Shown: one piece after another, positions 1-12,655 of the stretch
Numbering within the stretch: the stretch's first letter is position 1
How the letters are laid out: every line of letters starts with the position of its first letter
NCBI RefSeq assembly: GCF_036321535.1
Contig: NC_087447.1
Location: 28,458,001 to 28,522,000 of the forward strand
Reading direction: 5' to 3'
Origin: Camelus dromedarius
Taxonomy: Eukaryota
DNA: 64,000 nucleotides
The notes under the pieces: model-generated
Seen by the model: only the letters and a program-made list of their open reading frames with translations
Databases searched by the model: none
Told to the model about the DNA's origin: nothing
Position numbers and translations under genes: made by a program

Positions 1-234
1 ACATTTTATTTCCCTAGGCCAAATTCCTGCTGCCACCATCAGGATGATGACTGCATGTTTGAGATGATATCAACATGGAATTTATTCCCTAAGCAGGAAC
101 AGTGGACACCAGATAAACAGGCCTCGGCACACCAACAAAGGCCTCAGCTCCCTTCTAGGCTTCCCACCCACTATTCCTATTGAGGGCACCACTTTTATTT
201 GCTTGTTTGGCTTTGTATCACTAATTTTAAGGTA

Positions 235-480
235 GGAGGCAATGTGTATTCCTATAGCACCATTCCACCTTGGTCACAGCTGGCCAGACCAGAGGAGGAC
301 AGCTTTTCCACATTCAGCCAATATGTAGGCCAACTAGAAGGCTAGGAGACTGTAAGACTAGTGGGCTTATTCAAGACTTCTGCCATGAGGATGAGAATGA
401 CAAACTGTGTACCAGTCAGATCATCTCACTCAGAACTGTGAATTTAAGAGAAAGAGAGAAAGAGAGGTAAGTAGTTTTAC
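235..480 (+). mobile_element. Degenerate ERVL-type LTR fragment (LTR16-like)
   Basis: 'ggtcacagctggccag...cagccaat...ctgtgaatttaagagaaagagag' loosely resembles recalled LTR16-class motifs; heavily decayed. Confidence 0.3.
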
Positions 481-1307
481 ACCTGGAGGAAAACTCAAAA
501 AAGAAGAAGTGTATGCAAGAAACGATGGGTCATGAAATGGCGAAGCATCAGTCTGGGGAGGTGGCAGAGGTAATCCTGCTGTTAGAACGGCACTAATACT
601 CAGAGACAGCCTGCTTCTCAGACTTCCTTCCCACGCCAGCCTGGTTGTAGGATAATTCCCATACTGCCTTAGGCCTTGACATCATCAACAATTTACTGTG
701 TCTTACATGTTATACTTATTTTTACATTTGCAAATTTTGAGCGAGACTCTGCTCCTTGAGGGGAGATTACAATTACCTGGAGAGAGAAAATTATTAAAAA
801 TACAGATTGCAGTACTCTCTCCTGGAGATTAAGATTCAGAAAGAGGCCTGGGCTGGAGAACCAAGAATATGTCTTTTTACAGTCTTGCAGATGACTATGG
901 TAATAGGCCAGATGTAAAAACGACTGACCCAACACAATGAACAGACAATTCAGGTTCCATAAATGACAAAAGATTCGTCAGAATGGGTACACGATGGAGA
1001 AGGGCAAGGACGCATACACCCCATCCCTAAGTAAAGGGGCAGCAATATATTAGTTCTAGGAGCCTCTTCAACAACGTGGTGGTTTGGATTGTCATTCACA
1101 GAACAGGCTCCCTAGAGAAGGGTGACACCATCACACAAATCAAAAGTAAGGACGTGTTTTCCAGCAAGCACGAGGGTACTTATGGAGGCAGTTGTATCGA
1201 ATAGCCAAAGGGGGACTGTCACGGGAAAGTTAAGATCTATATTCACTGCACAAAGACCACGTACAATCTGTAAGTGAATCCAATCATCTGAGGATCAGTG
1301 TCTAAAT

Positions 1308-1560
1308 CATGCAATTAAGAGCATGGGCTCTGTGACCAGACAGATGTAAATTCAAATTCCAGCTCTGCTCTCCACATACACAATGTACAACTTTCGGCAA
1401 ACTTCTTAAGCCTTCGTGGCTTCAGTTTCCTCATCTATAAAATAACAATAACACTGGTGCTTTCCTCAAAGGGTTGTTTTGTAAATTAAATGGGGTAGCC
1501 CATTTAAAGCATTCAGAACAGTATCCAGTGCATCGTAATTGCTCATTAAATGTTGTTTTG
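1308..1560 (+). mobile_element. MIR SINE, near full length
   Basis: aagagcatgggctctg...ttcagtttcctcatctataaaat...gctcattaaatgtt matches the MIR head, core and tail. Confidence 0.85.
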
Positions 1561-2849
1561 TTGTTGTGCTGCTGCTGTTGTAAAAATAATAATAATCATT
1601 ACTTGTCCTAAGACTCCTTGTTCCTTCCTGTCCTGCTTGTCAGTTCAGTCACATACGTCTTTGTCCTGTTCTTAGCACTGTCGGCCTAGATGTTTGCCTC
1701 TGGTAGCTCTGCGACTCTGACTTGAGTTCCCTCATGGAATCTGCTTGACGTGTACCCCAACTAATTTCCCGAGCCTCATGAAAACTCAGGTAGGATAGCT
1801 TGGCCAGTGTGCCCCTGCAAATCCAATACCAGCGTGGCCTGCCTGACCCCTGTAAGATAGAGATTCAGAAATTGGGTAGGTTACAGCTTTCTTAGCAGAT
1901 GAATGACTTCTTCATTAAGTGCTTTAAAAGCAATTAAGTCCCCAAGCTGTTATCTTTCCATGGTGAGCTCCACAGAATGCCAGGTTTCTCTAGTTTCAGA
2001 TATCTGATGTAAATAAAAGAACAAAGGCTTATAACAAATCTTTTATCAAGTTCTCCATGTGGCAATTATGGGGACCGTTCCTTTTATTCATTGTCTCCAT
2101 TTAAATTGCTTGACTTTCTCTGGAGAACTTGTACTTCGAAAACGCCATATTTTCACAAAGTTTCTCCTGCAAGCCTGTGACTAGCAGGAGTCCCAGCTGG
2201 ACATTCAGTCTTTTTCAACATCTTAGTCTCTTTCACTGTATTTGATCTACCTCTCCTGAGCCCAACCTTACGTCATTCAGGAAAATCATTCAAATAGCTT
2301 TCGCCTCAAAGTGTTCCATTGAGTTTTTTTTCCCCCACAGAGAATGAGGTCTGCTCTGATTAGCATAGATTCCAGCCAGTTCTTTTTCTATGATCAAGGA
2401 CAATTTTTTTCCACCTGTACCAGGAGGTTTATAATCTACCAGCTGGAAACATTTCCTCTAAAAACAACGATGTTAAAATCTACAGGGGTCGGGGTTATAA
2501 AGAAATATCTAGCACTACCTTAGAGAAGCTTATATTATATCCAGACCTTGATTCAGAATGTGTTATGTTCTGTTCCAGAGATGACAAAAGCTTTAGCAAA
2601 AAAGCAGTCTTGTGGGATGGGAGAGCTGGAGGGCCATAACACCCACGTGAAGAGATGACTACAATCAGAAGCACGCAAATCCCAGAAGTTCTCTCAACCA
2701 CTTGTGCTCAAACCTTGCTTCACAACTCAGAGTAATGATTGGTTATTCTATTGATTCAGACCACAAAGGGGAACTGGACTTCCCTGAGAATAAAAATGAA
2801 CAAAAAAAATTTCTTATAGCAGTTAGTGTTTAAAAATGTCCCACAGTGA

Positions 2850-3265
2850 ACCACAGCTTTCAGTATCCATTGCCTTTGTGAGAGCCCCTCCCCTTGAATC
2901 TAGGTTGGGGCTTTGATTTTCCTGAAACAAACAAGGTATAATACAAAGAATGCTGCATGTCTTCAGTTTCTGCCTTGCAGCCTCTGCCTTGGTCTCTTGT
3001 ATGCTTACTGTAGGGGAGCAAGCCTCATGTAACAAGTCTGGCCTGTAAGCGAAGACGCCATCTTGGACGTCCAGCATGGTTGGACACCTTCTGATGCCTC
3101 TAGCCCCAGGTGCCACCTGACTGCAACACATGAGAGGAACCAAGAACTAGCCAGCTGAGCTCATTCAACCCACAGAAACATGAGTGATAATAATAAGTTG
3201 TTAAGCCACTAAGATGGGGGCGAGGGGAGAGAGATGTGGTTATACTACAGTAAATATTAGAAAGA
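2850..3265 (+). mobile_element. MaLR solo LTR (MLT1 family)
   Basis: cctccccttgaatctagg...gccatcttggacgtccagc...ttaagccactaag are typical MLT1 motifs. Confidence 0.7.
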
Positions 3266-3339
3266 ATATTCTAAAAATTTGGAGTACTGACTCTAAAGCG
3301 GCACCAGCCCAGCATTATACAGGCATTTTTAGGTGAAAA

Positions 3340-3720
3340 TCTTGGAAACAAATACATACTGACTCAAGCAACAAAAAGAGGATTTACTGGTTCAGGTAAC
3401 TGAAAACCTTAGCTGCAGAAAATTCCAATCATAACTAGATCTAAGTCTCAAATGATGTAGTAGAGGACTGATCTCACTCCTTTACTTTTGCCTTTCAGTT
3501 GGCGCTACTCACAAGCAGGCCCTTTTCCTGTGTTAGCAAAGTGACCATCAACAGTGCTATGCTTGAAGTTTAACCTTTGGAAGTCCCAGGGAAAGAAACC
3601 TTTTTTTCCTCAACAATTCTAACGTTGGTGTAGATTGACCTGGCTTGGGCCACAAGCCCACTCGACAAGCCAGAGATGAAATCAGTACTTTTCATATGCA
3701 CACAGTCTAAGACCAAAGAA
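3340..3720 (-). mobile_element. Old MaLR LTR fragment (MLT1K/L-like)
   Basis: gatttactggttcaggtaactgaaaa...gattgacctggcttgggccaca resembles the antisense of old MLT1 LTRs. Confidence 0.5.
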
Positions 3721-3764
3721 GGCCTAAGAAGGAGTAATCTCCTAAGCAAAATGGAGGACTTACG

Positions 3765-4205
3765 GTGGCTGAGATATCACCTCAGGTTCAGTAGCAGAAA
3801 TTCCAAATTTAAAACGGCTTAAAAAATAAGTTCTTTTCTTTCTCTCACATAAGTGCAAGCAATGTAGCACCTTTCTTCCTTGATGGCATCAGGGGCCCAG
3901 AGTTTTTTTTTTTAATCTTATTGTTTTGCCATTATTAATACATAGGTTCCATCTCTTGGCTTAAAATGGCTGTTCCAGCTTCATCATCATGGTCATATTT
4001 CCTCAAGTAGGAAGGGAGAGAAAGTAAAGGGAGGGATGCAAAAGTCACACATTAAACTTCTGCTGACATTCAGTTCACCAGAACTGAGTCACCTGACCAT
4101 GTGTGAGTCAGGAAATGCAGTCTTTATCAATGATCCTTTGCCCAATTAAAATTTCTGTTACTACATAAGAAGAAATTTCTGGGAGACAGCTAGCAATCTC
4201 TAACG
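3765..4205 (-). mobile_element. Old MaLR LTR (MLT1I/J-like)
   Basis: aaaatggctgttccagc...ttctgctgacattcagttcaccagaactgagtcac resembles antisense MLT1. Confidence 0.6.
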
Positions 4206-4737
4206 TGCAATTACCAATAGAAAAGGGAATAACAGCTAAGTCAGAAACAATCATTCATTGCATAAATATTGAAATGTCTATGATTCTAAGATTTTTTTTT
4301 AACACTATGGGACTGTTTCTTTCTTGAAAATTGTTATTAATGGCATCACTAGTATTAGTGACCCTCCATTTCTCTAATAAGAGAGACTGCATGGTGATTC
4401 CATTTTATTTATTTTTATTTATTCTCTCTTGTTGTTTTTGTTGCTTTTGCTGGGTTTTTTTTTTTTTTGAAGTTTGTGCATAAATTTTCCTTTAAAAAAG
4501 TACACCATGTAAGTTAGAATGTGTTCATGAGCCTGACACTCAAACTTAGCAAATGTTATTATGTTTTAATAGAGGCTACAGACCTCTTTTTTTAGAAAAC
4601 AAAATATTACAGATAAAATTGAAATCCCTTGTGTTATATTCCCATGTCCCACTCCTCTCTCTTCCTCTCTAGATGCATCCTACTTCATGAATTTTGTGTG
4701 CATCAATGCACATTATAACACTGTCTCAAACAATAAT

Positions 4738-4980
4738 AAATAATGATAGCAAACATAGCACTTATTGTGTGTAGGCATTCTTACAAGTGCTCTGCAAATA
4801 CTAACTTATTTTATCCTTATAATAACCAAAAGGTAGGTACCATTACTATCATCATTTTACAGATGAAATCTGAAGCAGAGAGACATTAAATAACTTTCAA
4901 AAGATCACATAAGCAATAGTGGTGGAGCCAGTATACAAATCCATGCGTGCTGACTCAGGATGGAGTAGATGCTTTTAAAA
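4738..4980 (-). mobile_element. MIR SINE
   Basis: cattttacagatgaaatctgaagcagagag...aagatcacataagc is the antisense MIR core. Confidence 0.85.
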
Positions 4981-5169
4981 TTATTAGTAGAAAATAGTCA
5001 CCATGCCTCAGGAACAATAAGTGGTATTGTTCTGTGCAAGTCCTCTCTTTAATTTCAATAAACATTACCATTTGTAGCATTCTGTGACATGACATTTTCA
5101 TGAAAATTTTATCTTGATTCCCTGTACTCTTTCCCAGGAGTTACTCTCAGCCCATGAGGGAATATCTCA

Positions 5170-5320
5170 GTTATAGAATTTGTGACTGGAAAAAAAATCT
5201 TAATAAAATATGTAGTATCTTTATTTTATAGATTAAGGAATTAAGATGAAACATAGGCTAAGCACTTATCCAAAATTTCCAGAGCCAATCAGAGTCGGGA
5301 TAGGATTGGAAAGCAAGTCG
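5170..5320 (-). mobile_element. MIR fragment
   Basis: ttattttatagattaaggaattaag matches the antisense MIR core, decayed. Confidence 0.45.
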
Positions 5321-5544
5321 CTTGGGGTATATCAGTGTTAAAACACATAAGGATATTAGCTGCATTGGAATGGAATGGTTGAGATGTCGTTTAAGTTTTA
5401 TGCTGAGATTTCTAAGTTCAAGCACTTAAGGGGCTGTTCATACACAGTCTGCAAGCTAGGTAGTCGAATAGTAAAATAGCCATGCCCTAGATCTTGTTTT
5501 ATTCAGAGTGGTAAAGTGCAACAGACAATATTTTGGAAGGGAAA

Positions 5545-5850
5545 TTCACCTCTCTGGTTCCTTCTCCTTCAAGTCACAGCTAAAACTTCACCCCTTCAGA
5601 GAAGCCTTTCTGTCCATGCCACTAAAACATTCCTCTGGCTCTATGTCATATTATTTTCATATTTTCTTCATAGCATATACTGCCTTAAAAAATTAATTTA
5701 CTTGCTTTTTTCTCCTCCCCACCCGCGCCACTGACACCCCCCCCCCCACTCAACCCTTGCATCAGAACATACAATTCTTCTAGTCTCTCTTTTCACCATT
5801 CTGTGCCTGTTGCCTAATATAGCATCTAGTTCAGAGAAGACACTCAGTAC
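5545..5850 (+). mobile_element. L2 3' end fragment
   Basis: cagagaagcctttctg...ttttcttcatagcatatact...tgcctaatatagcatctag...cactcagta. Confidence 0.6.
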
Positions 5851-5879
5851 CTGAGTGGGTGAAGCCAAATCCAGATGGC

Positions 5880-6390
5880 AAATGGGAGTGGAGGGACAAG
5901 ATAGCTACAGACCCTCCGCAATGTACGAAGGTGAGTGATGCAAGAAGCACACTGAGGAGGACTTCCAGACAAGGGAGCAGAGACCTGACGGATTACGAGC
6001 AGGTGACCAAAGGTTAGACAACAGGGGCTGCGCCAAGGAGGATGAGACATGCAGTGAAGGGAGGGGGCGCAGTTAGGAGCCCTGGTTGCTGAGCTCTTCC
6101 TGAGTCAGCAGGGTAGGAGTTGTCTACAGAGGTGTTAGGCAGTTTGAGCTTTGTTTAGGCTGAGAACAAAAGTGTTTCTGATACACCAAAATCTTTTTCT
6201 CAAATCTCTATGTTGCCGCGATCTGGGGTCCCTCACCCCCACCCTCTTACCCGCTGCCACCCCGGCATGAGCCTGCCCATGACTAGAAGTAGTCCGGAGG
6301 GTTGAAGTGAGTCCAGCCGTATTTCACTCCCCCACAGTGCCTTCTCCATCAGATGTCCTCTGCACTAACTAGAATAACGGACCGATGATC
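5880..6390. promoter_or_regulatory. Candidate regulatory element: CpG-enriched non-repeat patch with an NF-E2/ARE motif
   Basis: 14 CpGs counted in 5916-6385 against a CpG-poor background; TGAGTCAGCA at 6101-6110; consensus donor AAG|GTGAGT with GT at 5931. Confidence 0.3.
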
Positions 6391-7229
6391 ATTTAGAAAA
6401 GTTATCTGGGGAAATCCTCAAAGGCAGCCTGCCAGAGTCTGGGAAAGAGACATTTCAGGGCAGGCCACCAGGGAGATACTCTCATACACTTTCCACCAAA
6501 AGGACTTAAGGTTTTAAAAACCTTCCTAGGGCAGAAAGTGGGTCTGCTGTGGTAGTCTTCTGCAACGCCTCCTCCCCAGCAGACCAAAAGCTCTGTGTCT
6601 CTTGCTGAGACATAAGTCTCAGCTTCATCAGTCTCCAAACCACGGAGCCTGAATACTTCTCTTTTACCCACCTCCAACTGCAGGCATGCCCCAGACCAAC
6701 TTCTAAAAGGATAAACTAAACCTGTGTCAGAATAGAGGGGTGACAATTTGCAAATAGCTGAGGGCGAATGAAGTTCTGGAATTGTTGCAAATATGCAGAC
6801 AGTCGGGCCTTATGAATGTACAGAGAGGACCATGGCACCTCAGTCATATGGAAAGAGTAAGATCAGGATTGAGACTAAATTTGGAGCACAAAATTACCTA
6901 GTTATGGAGACAATCAGCCTCTAAGGCTTTCTTGTCTATGCTGAAAATTGCACTAATATACCCCAGGCATCTTGAGGAACTGTGCTGACCTACAGTGTGA
7001 CCGTGGTCTCTGTGTTTCTCTAATGAACTGATGTGTTCTGATGGTTTGGGCCAATATTTAAGTGAAGATAATTGTTTTCTTCATTTCAGGAACCCATTCT
7101 ATTTCTGAAATCTTTATTAAACTGAGTTTCTTTTTTCTGTGGTTTATCTGAAAAAGAGGTTTGGCAGAAATCTGTTGTATATCAGCTAGGCATCTTCATT
7201 TGGAAACAGTCCTCCAATCTCCCATCACC

Positions 7230-7448
7230 CAATTTATCAAATCTCTGCAGGAACTCCCTGCCTCACCCTGCACTCTGACACTGGCCGCAGGTGACTGATC
7301 CAGGTGTAGGCACCTGACCCAGAGCCCATGTTGTGGACCCAGCTGTTCTCAGACCTAGTAATATTCATATTCTTGGGTTCCTACCTTTTGGTCTAGTCTA
7401 GTTCAGGTTGAGTTTCTGTCTCTTGCAACACAGAATTCTAATTAACAC
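7230..7448 (+). mobile_element. ERVL LTR 3' part (LTR16-like)
   Basis: ends gttgagtttctgtctcttgcaacacagaattctaattaacaca, like LTR16-family termini. Confidence 0.55.
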
Positions 7449-7518
7449 AGGAAAGAACGGGGAGATGGAATTAACATATAGTAAAATCAATGAGTACATA
7501 ATCAAAGATATTTGAACA

Positions 7519-7748
7519 TAGTGGTTCGCAACTGGGGGCAATTTTTGCCCCCTCAGGGGACATTTGGTAATGTCTGGAGACATTCTGTGTGTCTGTGTGT
7601 GTGTACAAGTGTGGAGACAGGGTGCTACAGGCTAGTAGTGGGTAGAGGCCAGGGTTGCTACTAAACTTTCTACAATGTACAGGAAGCCCCCACAACAAAA
7701 AATTGGGCGGCCCCAAATGTCAGTAGGACTGCTACTGAGAAACTCCAT
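7519..7748 (+). mobile_element. MER20 hAT-Charlie MITE
   Basis: gtggttcgcaactgggggcaatttttgccccctcaggggacatttggtaatgtctggagaca...tagtgggtagaggccaggg...gagaaact. Confidence 0.9.
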
Positions 7749-8203
7749 TCTAAAGAAAGCCTTTCATTCATTCAGTTTTTCTCTTATTTATTCAACTAAC
7801 ATTTGTGAACCATTTATAATGTTCTAAGCACTAAGTTAGTAGCTTTGTAGGCATGGACAATATGACCTAGTCATTGACTTTGAGTGGCTCACCATCCGAA
7901 GGGAAGGACAGACAAACTGACCAATAATTATAGTACAGAGAATATGCAATATTCAAGGTATGCATGGTGGACTAAAGCAGCAGTAGAAGGGTATCAAACT
8001 CACACTGCAGAGAACAAGGAAGCTTCCTGGAAAAGATGCTAGCTGAGCTGACTTTTATGGGATGTGTAATGTTGAATGAGACAGAGAAGAGGGAGAGACA
8101 GAAAGAGTTTCCATGTACAGAAACACAAGCAGTTGCTCAAACACCAATTTATCCATTCGTTTAGCATTCATTCATTCATTCCACAAGCATTTACTGAGAA
8201 AGG

Positions 8204-8440
8204 AAGTACAGCATAGAGGTTAAAAGTACAGACTCTGAATCTAGATCCACTTTGCTTCAGATCTGAGCTCTGATTTACTTCCTAGCTGTGTAACCTTGAG
8301 CAAGCTGTTAACTTCCCTGTGATTACATTTCCTCATCTGTAAAATAGGGATAATAATAGAATCTTCCTTCTGGAATTGTGCACAATAAGGGAATGAACAT
8401 GTGTAAAGTGCATTTTAGAAGTGTTTGTTATCATTTACCT
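8204..8440 (+). mobile_element. MIR nested in L2
   Basis: gtacagcatagaggttaaaag...ctagctgtgtaaccttgagcaag...tttcctcatctgtaaaataggga. Confidence 0.85.
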
Positions 8441-8584
8441 TGTTATTCAGTGCAGACACTTGCTAGGTACTGGAGATAAGAAGATAAATAGCAAGCATTA
8501 CCTCAAAACATATAGTCAATATGAGGTACAGTAAAGGTGGAAGTATGGAGTGCTACCAAATTATACAGGAAGGAGCACTGTATT

Positions 8585-8975
8585 AATAACCAGAGGCTAG
8601 ATTAAGTCAAGGCATCAAACAACCCTCAAATCATAGTGCCTTAGAATATCAAATGGGTACACATTATATTTCTGCTAAATTGCTGGAGCTGTGCTCCAAG
8701 TCTTCTCTCTCAGGGACCCAGATCAATAGAGCCTTCAATAACACAGAGTTGGGCAGTTGCCTTGAGAAAGGCGGGTGGGTATTTATTATAAATCACACCC
8801 TGGTTCTTAAAGGTTCCTGCCTGGATGTGACACACTACTTCTGCTTACATTTCATTGGCCAGAGAAAGTCACATGATCACAACACACTTCAAGGTTGAGG
8901 GAACATGCAATCCAACCAAGTGTCCAAAAGGAAGGGAATGAGAGCTTTTGGGAATAGCCTTAATAATGACCACCT
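8585..8975 (-). mobile_element. MLT1J-like MaLR LTR nested in L2
   Basis: cttctgcttacatttcattggccagagaaagtcacatg...taataatgaccac. Confidence 0.75.
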
Positions 8976-10124
8976 AAGTTAGCATTACAGGGTCAGAGGA
9001 ACATCTTTTAGGATGTAGCTGAAAGCCATAGTAAAACAGGAATTAGCTAGGCACAGGCTGGAATTGGAGTGATTCCAGGCATAGTGTTGCAAAAACCAAT
9101 TAGGCAGAGTCCAAAAGTTAGGTGGCCAGAGAGAAGGCTGAGAAGCTGTCGGGCTGGATTATATAGGACCTAGTACATATATGTGGAATAAACAGAATGA
9201 AAACCATCTTGAAGCAATGATGGCCACGAATAAGTTTGAGCATTAGATTTGCATTTCAGAAGATGGTTCTGTTTGTGATATGTAGACTGGATTAAGATAA
9301 CTAGACAGGGGGTCTAGATCAGGGGATACCTGTTAGGAGAATCTTGCTGTGATGCAGGATGAACCAAGAGCTCTCCAATGGGAGCAGAAGCATCAAGGGT
9401 GATTGCCAGGTTTCTGATCTGGCAACCAGTAGATGGGCTGATACCATTCACTGAAGAGAAAATGTAGGATGAAAGGAAAGATGAAGGGCTTAGCCTTAGA
9501 AAGATTATGTATGAGAGGCTTTTACATTATCCAAGTGGAGATGTCTCATAAGCAATTAATTTACTGGTGTGGAGCTCAGAAGGGACACTTGAATAAGAAA
9601 AATAGACTTGGGGGTCATCAGGATGTGAAAGTTAATTGAAGATACAGGGGTAATAATATTGTTCTGAAAGGATGTGAAAGCAAAAAGAGAAAAAGGCACA
9701 GGATCTCCTAAAGAACACTAATATTTAAAGGGCAAGAAGGGGAAGAGTGTCTCGGTGAGGAGGCTGAGAAAGCTGGCTGGAATGGGGAGGAGGGACTAGG
9801 AGAGAGTGGTACCAAGGAAGTAAAATGAAGAGTGTTTCAGGGGGGGGGGCACTAGGGTCGATGACGCTCAAAGATTCAAATAAGGAAATAGCAAATGGGA
9901 AATTTCTGATAAGAAAATGCCAATTGGAATTTGGCAAGAAAGAGCTCCTTGGCCGTGTTGCCAAGAGCAGCATTCATGCAATGATGAAGGTGGGAGGTAG
10001 ATGACATTAAAAAGATGAGTAAACAGGAGAGAAGGAAATAGAGCCTGTGTGGCCAGATCTTCCAGAAAGCTTGGCTGTGATTGGGAAAAAGGTTTAAATA
10101 TATCTATTTAATGTTAGGCCATGA

Positions 10125-10450
10125 AGTTAAACCTAGGACAGTTTTCTTGCCTTCAAGGAACTTACAATCCAGTAGGAAATAGAGGATATATCTACCCACA
10201 GAGAAAAATAAGGCAAAGAGACACTGAGCCAGAGAGTTTGGAGCTCAGAGGAAATAGTTCTCCCTGGTGGTAACGCCTTCAAGAGCAAGTCTCAAAGAGG
10301 AAGCAGAACTTGATCTGGTCCCTAAAGAAGGAGCAGACCTGAAAAGGAGAGGACATTCCTAGGAGGGGAAAGAATATAGACAAAAGTACAGACATGTGAT
10401 AGCATTGGAGGAACAGAACGCAGTCCACTCTGGAGCAGAACAGTAAATTT
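10125..10450 (-). mobile_element. L2 fragment
   Basis: ttgccttcaaggaacttacaatccagtagg followed by purine-rich antisense L2 body. Confidence 0.55.
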
Positions 10451-10543
10451 AGAGAGGATCCATATTTCATCATTTTCAAAAGGTGCCCTGGGGAGCCCTA
10501 AGGTGCCCACAGAGGTGTCCATAAGAAAATAAACATTCTAGAT

Positions 10544-10753
10544 CAGGGGAGGGTAAACTATGGCCCATGGGTCAAATTTGGCCTACCAGCCACTTCTGTA
10601 AATCATGTTTTATGGGAACGCATCTATTGGTTACCCACTGTCTACAACTGCTTTCACAGTACAACAGCAGAGTTCAGTAGTTGAGACCGAAACTCTATGA
10701 CCCACAAAGCCAAAAAATCATTACTATTTTCAGAAAAAGCTTGCCAACTCCTT
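10544..10753 (+). mobile_element. MER58A hAT-Charlie MITE
   Basis: caggggagggtaaactatggcccatgggtcaaatttggcc...acaacagcagagttcagtagttg...cagaaaaagcttgccaactcc. Confidence 0.9.
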
Positions 10754-11054
10754 TCCTAGGGAATGGAAGTCTTTCTGTTCTTATGGTTAAATCCTCTTTA
10801 TTTATTTTCATCATTATTGGTAGGATCTTTTACAAAATACTTCATAGATGGTCTTGCATAGACAAATGATGATAGCGTGACATGAACTAAGGCCTTCTGT
10901 ACTATTTCACAAATAAAACGAAATAAATGCCTTGCATTCTTCCTTTCCTTCTAAAGTACAACATAAGCAAACATGACTGCATGTTGCTGAGAGGATGCCA
11001 GCATTGTCGTGAACTTTCATTATCCCATGAGGCTGCAGTGCAGGAACGACTGGG

Positions 11055-11460
11055 GGAAAGCTCTTCAGTGCTCACCCAGATCCAGTTTTACTCTCCTTCT
11101 GGCACAAGGGAGAACTACACTTGCCCCACCTCGCACTTCCACAGGGTTATGTGTTTAGTTCTACTCAGTGGTAGATGTGTGTGTTTCACTATTGGACAAA
11201 GCACTTAATTGCCTGGAGGGAGGCCCTCCAAGGATAATTTTTTCCCCTACCATGGCATTCATGGTAAAGGTGTTGAGAGCCAGTATTCAGTATGCAGTAG
11301 ACTAAATTAGGAAGCCTCCATGTGGAGATTAGTAGCCCGAGAGAGCCACCCGGGCCAGAAATAGACCTTGTATAAGGAGTTATCTCTCATGGTCTTAAGT
11401 CCCTGAGATTCTGGCAGTGTTTGTTACTGCAGTAGAACTTATCCTATCCAGACTAATGTA
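11055..11460 (+). mobile_element. Old MaLR LTR (MLT1K/L-like)
   Basis: cccagatcc...gaactacacttgcccc...ttaagtccctgagattctggcagtgtttgttactgcagtag. Confidence 0.6.
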
Positions 11461-11974
11461 ATGTCCTGCGGATTTTTTATTGGCAGAAGAACGCTTTCCT
11501 CCACACTATAAAGTCCCATATTTACATGCTTTAGAGCATTTCAATATTTGAAACGTCATAGTTTCTCTCTTTCTTCAATGCCAGGCTGTCATTTTAAGCA
11601 GTTATCAGCATGTCCCACATTCACGTTCACTTATAATTCTCTGATCCTAATTTTCTGTAAGCTAATAAAGCAGACATGTAATCATTATAATCATTTCTAA
11701 AGTAAAATGAATTTGAAAGAAGTCCTCGAGGGAATTTCTTGGGATCAAAATGTTTTAGTAGCATGAGTGGGTCCTATGACACCCATTTTGACCATTCAGA
11801 GGTCTTTTTTTTTTTTTTTTTTTTTTTACTTCTTTTCTTGTTTTGGGTGGTGTTCTAGATCAGAGAAGCTAACAACCAGTAATTTTTGGATAAGACATAA
11901 ATGAATTACCATATGCTTAATAAAACTTCATGGGATTGTTCTGGAAATTTTCAGATTCATCTTAGGTAGGTCTG

Positions 11975-12005
11975 ATATATATATATGTGTGTGTGTGTGT
12001 GTGTA
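11975..12005. repeat. (AT)n(GT)n compound microsatellite
   Basis: seen directly. Confidence 0.95.
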
Positions 12006-12059
12006 TAAAATTTTTCCACATCTTCACCCTACATGTCTGGCAGGCTTCTCAAAATACAC

Positions 12060-12290
12060 TTATCCCCCTCTTTATAACAACTTTCTCAGTAACATTTTTT
12101 ATTATCCATAAATTCATTCATCATCAAAACTCTGTTGTCTTCTTTGATTCCTCCCTTATCATTCCCCCAACAGACAGTAGATCATGAAGTTTTGTTGATT
12201 CTGCTTTTGAAATATGCTTCAAAAGCCTCAGCTGACATACAAATCCCTCCACAAGTCAGCTTCATCTTACTTTTAATGGACGTTTGCTAT
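12060..12290 (+). mobile_element. L2 internal fragment
   Basis: ctttgattcctcccttatcattcccccaacagacagtagatcatgaagttttgttgattctgcttttgaaatat. Confidence 0.5.
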
Positions 12291-12598
12291 TTTTCTGACC
12301 AGTATCTGTTTCCATCTATTTGAGTAATAGCAACCAAATAGATAATGGAATTTAAATTTCCCCCATCAGTACCATTAGTTTGATGTGTAACAAAGTTGTA
12401 AAAAATCACATGCTGTCTCACTGAACTCTAATGTTTAAGGGAATTAACTGAAAATGATTCACCTTAGGAGGCTGCCTGAAGAGACCACCATTAGTTTCTG
12501 ATGCCCCAGTTCCTGTCTACTTGGAATCCTGGTTCTGCAGCATTTCCCATGATTCTGTGTTTGCTTCCAGTGAATTGAGTGTCTGGGTGCAATTATGA

Positions 12599-12655
12599 GT
12601 GTGTGTGTGTGTTTGCATTCATGTGTGTGTGTGTATGTGTGTGTGTGTGTGTGTG
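12599..12655. repeat. Interrupted (TG)n microsatellite inside an LTR16-like remnant (~12460-12752)
   Basis: TG runs seen directly; the flank ends tttctgttgcttgtaaccagagatttctaactggtaca. Confidence 0.9.

Larger units (their letters stand above)
7762..10085 (-). mobile_element. Long L2 remnant interrupted by MIR and MLT1J
   Basis: (TTCA)-rich tail at 7765 and 8165, then purine-rich antisense L2 body (gattgccaggtttctg, tggagctcagaagg, gtcatcagg). Confidence 0.75.
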
